Source: Gemmatimonadaceae bacterium
GTDB lineage: Bacteria; Gemmatimonadota; Gemmatimonadetes; Gemmatimonadales; Gemmatimonadaceae
NCBI GenBank assembly: GCA_033763905.1
Contig: JANRJP010000110.1
Location: forward strand, 1 to 16,014
Length of the DNA stretch: 16,014 nucleotides
Direction of reading: 5' to 3'
Part shown: positions 1-7,824 of the stretch, piece after piece
Position numbering within the stretch: position 1 is the stretch's first letter
Layout of the letters: the number at the start of each line of letters is the position of its first letter
Made by a program: the position numbers and the translations under genes
Notes under the pieces: model-generated
What the model was told of the DNA's origin: nothing
What the model saw: the letters and a program-made list of their open reading frames with translations, nothing else
The model's database searches: none

Positions 1-156
1 GTCATTCCGCTCGTTCGCTTCACCTCTGATCGCACGAAGATGGGTGAGTTCGTGAATCCGGCGTGGTTGACGGGGCTCGCGTGGATGATTGCGGGCATCA
101 TCGGCAGCCTGAACGTCTGGTTGCTGGTGCAAACCATCGGGGGGTGGTTGGGCTGA
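1..156 (+). CDS. mntH: Nramp family divalent metal (Mn2+/Fe2+) transporter, 3' end (partial)
   Basis: Frame 1, translated by hand (not in the ORF track): [51 protein letters not shown]. The PL..FTS....MG.F.N motif followed by a final TM helix is typical of the MntH C-terminus. Context with USP and MntR agrees. Confidence 0.85.
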   Translation, partial: VIPLVRFTSDRTKMGEFVNPAWLTGLAWMIAGIIGSLNVWLLVQTIGGWLG

Positions 157-608
157 TGTACCGCCGCATTCTGGTGCCGCTCGAGCACACGCGCACCGAC
201 CGCTGCATCCTGCGCCACGTCCGGCAGCTGGCCCTGCACTCGCAGGCCTCGGTGGTGCTGATTCACGTCGCCGACGGTTGGGTGGCTCGGAGTTTTCGCG
301 AGCTCGATCTGCGGGAGTCCGATGAAATGCGTCGCGATCGGGCGTATCTCGAGGCCGAGGTAGAGGCGCTGCGCGCCGATGGCATCGCCGCCGAGGCGGT
401 ACTCGCTGGCGGCGATCCCGCGAAAGAGATCTGTGCCGCCGCCGAGCGGGAGCGCTGCGATCTGATTGCGATGGGGACGCACGGGCACCGGTTCCTCGCC
501 GATATGGTGTACGGCAGCGTCGCCAACGGCGTGCGGCATCTGGCGCGCGTGCCGGTGCTGCTCCTGCGCGACGCCGGAGACTCCGACGCCGTGCCCGCCA
601 ACGGATGA
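156..608 (+). CDS. Universal stress protein (UspA family)
   Basis: Starts [13 protein letters not shown] at 156 overlaps the mntH stop (TGATG). Contains VLIHV, DLIAMGTHGHRFLADMVYGSVA (G-2x-G-9x-GS ATP-binding motif) and VPVLLLR. Confidence 0.92.
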   Translation: MYRRILVPLEHTRTDRCILRHVRQLALHSQASVVLIHVADGWVARSFRELDLRESDEMRRDRAYLEAEVEALRADGIAAEAVLAGGDPAKEICAAAERERCDLIAMGTHGHRFLADMVYGSVANGVRHLARVPVLLLRDAGDSDAVPANG

Positions 609-1330
609 CGACCCCGAAGCGGTCACGCGGGACGCCGTCGGTGCCACGCGCCGCGCTGACGGTCTCGGTTGAGGACTATCTCAAGGCCATCTACGACCTC
701 GAGCGTGCCGGGGGGGCCGGCGCCACCAACGACATCGCCGCGCGACTCACGATCGCCCCCGCGTCGGTCACCGGAATGGTGAAGCGGCTCGCGGAGCAGG
801 GGCTGGTGCACTACACGCGCTACCACGGCGTCACGCTGACGGCGGCGGGGCGGCGCGCGGCGCTCCTGACCATCCGTCGGCATCGCATTATCGAGTCGTA
901 TCTCACGCAGGTCCTCGGGTACGAGTGGGACCGCGTGCACGACGAAGCCGAACGGCTCGAGCACGCCGCGTCGGATGAGCTCGTCAATCGGATGGCGGCA
1001 GCGATCGGCGAGCCGGACACCGACCCGCACGGGGCCCCGATTCCCACGCGAGAAGGGACGCTGACCGAGACGCGGCGGCGCGGACTCCGCGCGCTGGAGA
1101 TCGGCGTCGAGGCTGCGGTGGCCGGTGTCAACGATCGCGATCCGGCGGTGCTGCGCGAGCTCGGCGGCCTTGGCATCGTGCCGGGGGCACGCGTGACCGT
1201 TGCCAAAGTGGCGTCGCGGGATGGGGCACTCACCGTGCGCATCCGTCGCGGGAGCGCGACGCCGAGCGAGCGCACGGTGCGGGCCCCGCTGGCCGATGCC
1301 GTGTACGTCGACGAGACCATCGACGGCTAG
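605..1330 (+). CDS. mntR: DtxR/MntR family metal-dependent transcriptional regulator with C-terminal FeoA/SH3-like domain
   Basis: Motifs SVEDYLKAIY, wHTH (TNDIAARLTIAPASVTGMVKRL), RRHRIIESYL, VHDEAERLEH, DPHGAPIP and FeoA-like LRELGGLGIVPGARVTV. ATGA overlap with the USP stop. Asp in EDYL and Glu in EAERLEH fit the Mn-type rather than the DtxR Met/Cys pattern. Confidence 0.88.
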   Translation: MTTPKRSRGTPSVPRAALTVSVEDYLKAIYDLERAGGAGATNDIAARLTIAPASVTGMVKRLAEQGLVHYTRYHGVTLTAAGRRAALLTIRRHRIIESYLTQVLGYEWDRVHDEAERLEHAASDELVNRMAAAIGEPDTDPHGAPIPTREGTLTETRRRGLRALEIGVEAAVAGVNDRDPAVLRELGGLGIVPGARVTVAKVASRDGALTVRIRRGSATPSERTVRAPLADAVYVDETIDG

Positions 1331-1389
1331 TCGCTGCGCCACGGAGCCTCCCGGAACGGGAGCGCGATGTCAGCTGTTTACCCGCCGCT

Positions 1390-2214
1390 ATGCTCCACGC
1401 CCTGAGTGCGCTGGCGCCCCTCGCCGCGGCGCTCGCGTTCCAACTCCCGCCCCAGCTGCCGACCGTCGCACTCGACGAGCGGATGCGCACCGACCTCGGT
1501 CTCGCGATCGGCGATACCGTGGAGCTCGCCGCCGCCAGCGGCGCGCCGGGGCAGCGGATGGTGATCAGCGCGTTCACGCGGCGCACGGCCGATCCCTCGG
1601 AAGTCGCGCGGGCCGAGTACAAGGTCCGCGTCCACCTGACCGACCTGCAGGCACTGCTGCGCTATGGCGACCGGGTCGATCGCTTTGCGGTGGTCACCCA
1701 CGACTCGAGCGCGCGGGAGGCTGCCGTCCGCGCGATCAACGCCCGGGCGTTCGGCTTTCGGGCCTATCCGTCCGCCGACATTGCCGTCGAGACCGGGCGG
1801 ACGTTTGCCGTCATCAATCGATTTCATCGCGCCATCGGCGTCATCACGATCCTCGCGAGCGCGATCTTCCTGCTCTGCATCATGCTGCTCCGCGTCGAGG
1901 AACGGCGCCGCGAAATCGCCACGCTGCGGCTGATCGGATTGTCGCGTCGCACCGTGGAGCGGGCCATCGTCGTCGAGGCGGCGGCGATCGCGGCACTCGG
2001 CGCGTTCGTCGGGACTGGCCTGGGGGCCGTCGTGTCGGCAGTCGTGAACCGACATTACCAGGCCCTGTACCGCACGCCGCTGGTGTTCTCGTTGGTCACG
2101 CCGGATGTGATTGCGCTGGCGGTCGCGCTGTCGGTGGTGCTCGGGCTCGGCGCGGGATGGCTCGCCGCGCGCCGGTTGACGGGTCGCGCCCCGCTGACGC
2201 TATTGGGGCGCTGA
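1390..2214 (+). CDS. MacB/FtsX-like ABC permease, C-terminal half only, with a predicted signal peptide
   Basis: LGLAIGDTVEL periplasmic-core motif, VEERRREIATLRLIGLS coupling helix and three C-terminal TM helices. The N-terminus MLHALSALAPLAAALAFQ is signal-peptide-like. The usual amphipathic helix and TM1 are absent; 274 aa. Confidence 0.85.
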   Translation: MLHALSALAPLAAALAFQLPPQLPTVALDERMRTDLGLAIGDTVELAAASGAPGQRMVISAFTRRTADPSEVARAEYKVRVHLTDLQALLRYGDRVDRFAVVTHDSSAREAAVRAINARAFGFRAYPSADIAVETGRTFAVINRFHRAIGVITILASAIFLLCIMLLRVEERRREIATLRLIGLSRRTVERAIVVEAAAIAALGAFVGTGLGAVVSAVVNRHYQALYRTPLVFSLVTPDVIALAVALSVVLGLGAGWLAARRLTGRAPLTLLGR

Positions 2215-2216
2215 CG

Positions 2217-3401
2217 ATGCGCGCTGCGTTGGCCGTGTCTTCGCTGCTCCGCAACCGCGCGCGCACGGCGCTCGCGGTCGCCGGGATCGCGGTCGCGACG
2301 GCGATGCTGTTGGATATGGTGATGCTCGCGAGCGGGATGCGACTCTCGTTTCGCGATCTGCTCGATGCGCGAGGCTTCCAGATCCGGCTGTCGCCGAAGG
2401 GCACGCTGCCGTTTGATACCGAGGCGACGGTCGGCGATGCATCGGCACTGGTGGCCGCCGTCGCGGCGGTGCCGGGTGTGGCGGTGGTTGCGCCGAATCT
2501 CGGGGCACAACTGATCGCACCGCGCGCCGACGGCGCGATCACGGTGGCGGCCATTGGTGTGGTCCCCGAGGTGCAGGGCGACTTTGCGCTGCGTGATGGC
2601 CGATTGCCCCAGTCGGGCGAAGTCGTGGCGTCGCCCGCGGCCCTACAAGCCTTGAGCCGCAGCCTCGGCGACACCGTCACCATCGCCGATGGATGGGATC
2701 CCCAGTTGCGGACGGTGCGCGAGGCGGTGGTGCGGCGCATCGTTGGCGTTGGCCGCTTCTACTACCTGGGTGCCGATCAGCCCGTCGTCGCGCTGCCCTT
2801 GTCCGATCTGCAAGCATCGGCGCAGGGCGCGCGCGCGGATCGCATCTCGTCCGCGATGGTACGCATTGCGCCGGGACGCGGGGTCGACGAGGTCGCTGCG
2901 GCGATCGGTCGCACCGCGCCCCGCGTATCGGTGCTGACCACGGCGGAGGCGGTGTCCCAAGCGGACGAACGACTGGCCTACTTCCGGAATCTGGCGTTCA
3001 TCCTCGGTAGCGTCTCGCTGGCGGTGGGGTTTCTGCTCATCGCCACGCTGATGACGGTGTCGGTGAACGAGCGCATCGGCGAGATCGCCGTGCAACGCGC
3101 GATCGGCGTCGCCGCGTCGCGCATCGTGCAACAAATCGTCGTCGAGGGGCTGCTGCTGTCACTGCTCGGCGGCGTGATCGGGCTCGGGCTTGGTCTGCTC
3201 ACCGCGCGGTACCTCGACCACATCCTCGGCGCCTTCCCGGGCCTGCCGCCAGAGATTGCGTTCTTCGTCTTTCAGCCGCGCGACGCCTTCACGTCGCTCG
3301 GATTGCTGTTGCTCGCCGGGACCTTTGCCGGCGTGCTGCCGGCCTACCGCGCGGCACGGCTCCCCATTGCCACTGCGCTTCGCGAGGAAGCCGTCGCGTG
3401 A
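2217..3401 (+). CDS. MacB/LolC-E type ABC transporter permease (complete, 4 TM)
   Basis: Starts MRAALAVSSLLRNRARTALAVAGIAVA at ATG 2217, 2 nt after the upstream stop. Contains LRDGRLP...LGDTVTI, SVNERIGEIAVQRAIG and PAYRAARLPIATALREE. Confidence 0.92.
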   Translation: MRAALAVSSLLRNRARTALAVAGIAVATAMLLDMVMLASGMRLSFRDLLDARGFQIRLSPKGTLPFDTEATVGDASALVAAVAAVPGVAVVAPNLGAQLIAPRADGAITVAAIGVVPEVQGDFALRDGRLPQSGEVVASPAALQALSRSLGDTVTIADGWDPQLRTVREAVVRRIVGVGRFYYLGADQPVVALPLSDLQASAQGARADRISSAMVRIAPGRGVDEVAAAIGRTAPRVSVLTTAEAVSQADERLAYFRNLAFILGSVSLAVGFLLIATLMTVSVNERIGEIAVQRAIGVAASRIVQQIVVEGLLLSLLGGVIGLGLGLLTARYLDHILGAFPGLPPEIAFFVFQPRDAFTSLGLLLLAGTFAGVLPAYRAARLPIATALREEAVA

Positions 3402-4087
3402 CCGTCCTCTTGGATGCCGTAAACCTGCATCGTGACTACGCGATGGCGGCCGACGCCGTGCACGCGTTGCGTGGCCTCAGCGTCCAGATTGCTGCCGGAG
3501 ATTACGTCGCCATCGTCGGCCCGTCGGGCTGCGGCAAGTCGACGTTGCTGAATCTGCTCGGTGCCCTCGACAGGCCGACGCAGGGAGCGGTGCGCATCCG
3601 GGGCACCGACGTGGCCACGCTCGATGATCGTGCGGCCACGGCGTTTCGCCTGACGTCGGTGGGCTTCGTCTTCCAGCGCTTTCATCTGCTGCCGATGCTG
3701 TCCGCGGAAGAGAACGTCGCCCTCCCGATGGCGGAGGCGGGTGTGCCCCGCGAGGCCCGACGCGCCCGTGCCCGTGAGCTGCTGGCGTACGTCGGGCTTG
3801 CTGGACGCGCGGATCATCGGCCGACGCAGCTGTCGGGCGGCGAGCAGCAGCGGGTGGCCATCGCGCGGGCCCTCGCAAATCGACCCGCACTGATTCTGGC
3901 CGACGAGCCGACGGGTGAACTTGACGCCCGCACCGGCGCCGAGATCATTGCCTTGTTCGAACGGCTGAACGCCGACGGCACGACCATCGTCGTGGTGACC
4001 CACGACGACACGCTGGCCGCGGCGGCGCGCCGCGTCGTGCAAATGCGGGACGGCGCGATCGTCGCCGACGAGCGGCTGCGGCCGTGA
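3398..4087 (+). CDS. ABC transporter ATP-binding protein (LolD/MacB-like)
   Basis: Walker A GPSGCGKST, Q-loop GFVFQ, signature LSGGEQQRVAIARAL, Walker B ILADEPTG, H-loop VVTHD. GTGA overlap with the permease stop. Confidence 0.96.
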   Translation: MTVLLDAVNLHRDYAMAADAVHALRGLSVQIAAGDYVAIVGPSGCGKSTLLNLLGALDRPTQGAVRIRGTDVATLDDRAATAFRLTSVGFVFQRFHLLPMLSAEENVALPMAEAGVPREARRARARELLAYVGLAGRADHRPTQLSGGEQQRVAIARALANRPALILADEPTGELDARTGAEIIALFERLNADGTTIVVVTHDDTLAAAARRVVQMRDGAIVADERLRP

Positions 4088-5580
4088 TTTGGCGATTGGC
4101 CTTCGCCCATCTGGCGCATCGCCCTTGGCGCAGCGCCTTGCTCTTCGCGGGCTTCGGACTGGGTGTCGGCGTGATGATCGTGCTGCTCTCGATCGGCGAG
4201 GCGATGATGGCGCAGGCGCGCGATGAGCGGCTGATCGGCGGTGGCGACGTGACCGTGCTACCCGAAGGGCTCGATGTCGAGATGCTCAAGACGGGCGGCG
4301 TCGGTGGGATGTGGTTCTCGATCCCCAACGCCCGATTCGTGTATCGGCAGTTGCTCGCGTCCCCTCGCTTGGCTGCGTCCATCGACGTCGCGGCGCCGCA
4401 GATCAGTGAGAAGCTGGTCTACGTGCGGGCGGGGGGGCGAGAAGTCGCGGCGCGAGCGATCGGAGAGATTCCGTCGGCGTCGCTCCGCGCCGGTGGCGTC
4501 CCGCCGCTGCGCGAAGGACGCTGGGACGACCACGATCGTGACCGCGCGTGGCTGACGCCGACGGCACGCGAGGCGATGGTTCAGATCGATCACCTGCACC
4601 ACGTACCGCCAACCATCGCCGCCGATGCGCGCACGAGCTGGGCGGAATGGCACTACTTCAACGTGCTGTCTGCGGACGGCAACGAACGCGCCTTCGTGAC
4701 GCTGATGCTGGTCGGCGACGTGCCGAACGGTCGGTGGGGCGGCCAAGTGCTGATCGCGCGTCACGCGAAGGGCCGAGCGATGCAGCGGTACTCCCGCCGC
4801 GCGCCGGCCACGGCGGTGCAATTCGACACGACCGATGCCGATCTCGTGATTGCGAGCGCCTCCGTGCGCGTGACCGACCGCGGGACGTATCTCGTCGAAG
4901 CAGACGCGCCCGCCGAGGCCGGTGGGCCATCGAGCCGCGTGCGAATGGAGGTCGTGCCAGCGCCGCGTCAGTACTTCCCCGGGGCAGATCTTGGCGGTCA
5001 GGGCCTCGTGTCCGGCTACGCGGTGCCGGCGTTGCGCGGCGCGGCGACCGGCGAGATCTGCACGGGAACATCGTGCTGGCGATTCGTCGACGCTCAGGCC
5101 TACCACGATCACAACTGGGGGATCTGGCGCAACGTGAACTGGGAATGGGGCGCGTCGCGTGCCGGGGAGTTCACGTTTCTGTATGGCCGGGTGCAGCAGG
5201 TCGACGCGGCGGCCGCACGCGCGCCGGTGTTCTTCTATCTGGTGGACTCGCTCGGCTTCCGCACCCTGTTCCGCCCGCCGGACGTCCAATGGACCGATGA
5301 TCGCACGCTGATTGTCGACGGGACTCGAATCGCAGTGCCATCGCGCGGCCTGATGTCGGACGTGCGCGGCGGCGACACGCTCGTGGTCGAGTTGTTGATC
5401 GACGACGTGGCCGCGACCGACACCCGACGGTCACTCGTCGAGCGGGGCGAGACGGCAGCGGCGCGCGCGGCGAAGGCGCCGTGGTTTCTCCAGCTGAGCG
5501 GCCGGGCTCGGCTCCGCGGCCGCGTGGACGGGCGCCCGATCGCGGGCGAAGGCCGCGGCTTCTTCGAGACCTACCGCTGA
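4084..5580 (+). CDS. Fusion protein: N-terminal half of a MacB-type permease plus AttH/CrtC-like lipocalin-type beta domain
   Basis: The N-terminus IWRLAFAHLAHRPWRSALLFAGFGLGVGVMIVLLSIG matches a MacB amphipathic helix + TM1, and the periplasmic segment runs to LREGRW. The C-terminal part has SWAEWHYFN, AQAYHDHNWG and WEWG, resembling the EWWY / D..WG / WDW motifs of AttH/CrtC-type proteins. GTGA overlap with the ATPase stop. Confidence 0.75.
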   Translation: MIWRLAFAHLAHRPWRSALLFAGFGLGVGVMIVLLSIGEAMMAQARDERLIGGGDVTVLPEGLDVEMLKTGGVGGMWFSIPNARFVYRQLLASPRLAASIDVAAPQISEKLVYVRAGGREVAARAIGEIPSASLRAGGVPPLREGRWDDHDRDRAWLTPTAREAMVQIDHLHHVPPTIAADARTSWAEWHYFNVLSADGNERAFVTLMLVGDVPNGRWGGQVLIARHAKGRAMQRYSRRAPATAVQFDTTDADLVIASASVRVTDRGTYLVEADAPAEAGGPSSRVRMEVVPAPRQYFPGADLGGQGLVSGYAVPALRGAATGEICTGTSCWRFVDAQAYHDHNWGIWRNVNWEWGASRAGEFTFLYGRVQQVDAAAARAPVFFYLVDSLGFRTLFRPPDVQWTDDRTLIVDGTRIAVPSRGLMSDVRGGDTLVVELLIDDVAATDTRRSLVERGETAAARAAKAPWFLQLSGRARLRGRVDGRPIAGEGRGFFETYR

Positions 5581-5604
5581 GGCGCGCGGCTGGACGGCCG
5601 CCGC

Positions 5605-7767
5605 TCAGCGATCGGCGAGCAGACGCTCCAACGCGGCATCGAGGGCATCGGCGGTAAACGGCTTCTGGAGCAAGGGGTGCCCGTCGAGTGTCGTCGCCGC
5701 GTGCCCCGCTTCGCCGGCAGTGTAGCCCGAGATGAACAGCACGCGCAGCCCGGGCCAGCGCTGGCTGGCCTCGCGTACGAAGCCGCGCCCGTCGAGATCG
5801 GGCATCACCACGTCAGTCACGACGGCGTCGACGCGCCCTCCCTCGGCGGCGAGTGCCGCCAGCGCGAGTCGGCCGTTCGCCGCGTCGATCACGCGGTACC
5901 CTCGGCGCTCGAGCATCCGTCGGACCGCAATGCGCAGCGTGTCTTCGTCTTCGACGAGCAGTAGCGTGGCGCCGGCCACGCGCACGCCGCCGGTCGTGCT
6001 GCTGGGCGCCGGCAATGTTGAAGTGGCTTCCGCACGCGGCAGGAGTACCTCGACCGTCGTACCGATGCCCACCTCGGTGCCAATCCGGACCACGCCGTGT
6101 GACTGCCTGGCCGCACCGTAGACCGTGGGCAAGCCGAGCCCGGTACCGCCATTCGGTTTGGTGGTGAAGAACGGCTCGAACACGCGCGGCAAGATGTTCG
6201 GCGCGATCCCGGTACCGGCGTCTTCGACGCGCAACACGATCCAGCGGCCCGCGGGGACCGGATCACCGCCCACGCGCGGCGCCGGCCCGTCGCGCAATGG
6301 TGGCGGCGGCGCCTCGCGCGTCACGTCCATTGCGGTGACATCGATCCGGATCACGCTGCCGGGCGCTGAGGCGTCCCGCGCATTCGTGACGAGCACGCCG
6401 ATGATCTGCTCGAGTTGAATCGGATCGGCGCGCACCCACGTCTGCTCGACCGCCGTCAGGTGCAAGGTGTGCTCCGGGCCCGCCACGCGCTGCATCAAGC
6501 CTTCGAGCGTCCGCAGCACGTGACCCAAGTCGAGCAACGACGGCACCACTTGCTGGCGCCCTCCGAACGAAAGTAGCTGGCGGATCAGCAGGGCCCCCCG
6601 CGCCACGGCTTCGTGCACCGGGCGCACCTCGTCGTGGAGCGTCGCGGGCAATTGACGCTGCAGCGCGTCCGCCTGGACCTGAATCGTCGTCAGCACATTG
6701 TTGACATCGTGCGCGACGCCACCGGCCAAGCGTCCGACGGCCTCCAGCCGCGCGGCCTGCTCTGCCTGATCACGCAGTGCCGCACGCTCGCTCACGTCGG
6801 CGATGGTCCCCGACACCTGCGGCTCGTCGTCCTCGAGGCTCGGGTCGTCCGCCTGCGGCCGCAACTCGACGGTGCGCCACTGCCCATTCGCTCCGGCCAG
6901 GCGCACCTCGCACATCTGCCGGGCGCTGCCGCTCGTGTTCGTCAGCAGCGTCGCGCGCACGGCGGCGTGGTCGTCGGGGTGAAACGATGCTTCGGCCTTG
7001 CGCCCGATGGCCGCGGCCGGATCCTGCCCCGTGAGCGTCAGCCAGGCCGGCGACAAGAAGCGCCACCGTCCCTCGCGGTCGACCCGGAACACGACATCGC
7101 GAAGGGCCCCGATCGTGGCCCGATATCGGGCTTCGCTCTGGCGCAACTGCCGGCTGGATCGGGCCAGGACGCGGCGGAAGCTGCGCGCCGAATTCGCCGC
7201 GTAGATCAGGAAGGCCGTCCCCGTGACCGCCGACGCGATCGTCAACGTCCACGTCCCTTCGATCTGGCGGGTGAGACCCGGCAGCGGCGGAGGAATCAGC
7301 ACGCCGGTGACTTCCAGCAGCAACATCGTCCACCAGCCGAGAATCGCGCCCGCCACCACGATGATGCCGGCACGTTGCGGCAGCGCGAAGCCAGGGAGTC
7401 CCATCTGCAGGAGCAAGCCCGAGACGCCGAGCCACCGGCTCCCGGCGACGTAGTGCGTGACGGCCGCGATCAGCAGACACTCGACGAACAGGAAGGCGGT
7501 GAACATTCGCGTCCGCCACGTCCGATCCTCACGCCGGCCGATCACTTCGCGCGCCGCGACGATCGAGGCGAAGTGCACCCCGAGCAGGGCGTAAACCTGC
7601 GGGGCAATCGATGTCCCCGCGACGGCGAAGGCCGTCGCGATCACCAGGAGCATCGCCACCAGCACCAAGCGGCGCCGGAGCGTGTTGGCGACCCACTCGG
7701 TGGGGTCGAGCAACTCGCTCTGGGACTCTTGGCCGGGCGGCGTGCCACGCAGCGGGACAATCGGCAT
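5605..7767 (-). CDS. Membrane-bound PAS-domain hybrid sensor histidine kinase / response regulator
   Basis: About 6 N-terminal TM segments; PAS (SEARYRATI...FHPDD); H-box LAGGVAHDVNNVLT; N-box TNARDA; G1 EDAGTGI; F-box FEPFFTTK; G2 GTGLGL; receiver LLVEDE...TDVVMP...SGY...KPF. Confidence 0.95.
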   Translation of the reverse strand: MPIVPLRGTPPGQESQSELLDPTEWVANTLRRRLVLVAMLLVIATAFAVAGTSIAPQVYALLGVHFASIVAAREVIGRREDRTWRTRMFTAFLFVECLLIAAVTHYVAGSRWLGVSGLLLQMGLPGFALPQRAGIIVVAGAILGWWTMLLLEVTGVLIPPPLPGLTRQIEGTWTLTIASAVTGTAFLIYAANSARSFRRVLARSSRQLRQSEARYRATIGALRDVVFRVDREGRWRFLSPAWLTLTGQDPAAAIGRKAEASFHPDDHAAVRATLLTNTSGSARQMCEVRLAGANGQWRTVELRPQADDPSLEDDEPQVSGTIADVSERAALRDQAEQAARLEAVGRLAGGVAHDVNNVLTTIQVQADALQRQLPATLHDEVRPVHEAVARGALLIRQLLSFGGRQQVVPSLLDLGHVLRTLEGLMQRVAGPEHTLHLTAVEQTWVRADPIQLEQIIGVLVTNARDASAPGSVIRIDVTAMDVTREAPPPPLRDGPAPRVGGDPVPAGRWIVLRVEDAGTGIAPNILPRVFEPFFTTKPNGGTGLGLPTVYGAARQSHGVVRIGTEVGIGTTVEVLLPRAEATSTLPAPSSTTGGVRVAGATLLLVEDEDTLRIAVRRMLERRGYRVIDAANGRLALAALAAEGGRVDAVVTDVVMPDLDGRGFVREASQRWPGLRVLFISGYTAGEAGHAATTLDGHPLLQKPFTADALDAALERLLADR

Positions 7768-7813
7768 CGTGCGAAGTATCGGACGGCTCGGCGAACGACT
7801 ACACGCGAGGCGT

Positions 7814-7819
7814 TAGAAT
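7814..7819 (+). promoter_or_regulatory. Putative sigma70 -10 element (TAGAAT), likely leaderless start of the DUF72 gene
   Basis: TAGAAT ends 5 nt before ATG 7825; no Shine-Dalgarno sequence is present. Confidence 0.5.
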
Positions 7820-7824
7820 CCCGT

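Noticed and set aside
63..155. N-terminal extension of the USP ORF
   Set aside because: It overlaps the mntH coding frame; USP similarity starts at ATG 156.
1390..2214. Interpretation as a truncated pseudogene
   Set aside because: The frame is intact, it has a signal-like leader and is tightly coupled to the next gene, and the missing N-half appears to be encoded at 4084-4524.
1200..2216. Upstream 339 codons of the 733-aa ORF, suggesting a giant permease or frameshift
   Set aside because: Arg/Pro-rich off-frame translation overlapping mntR and the 1390 gene; permease sequence begins at ATG 2217.
6613..7824. Long N-terminal extension of the DUF72 ORF
   Set aside because: Antisense shadow of the histidine kinase; high GC makes stop codons rare.
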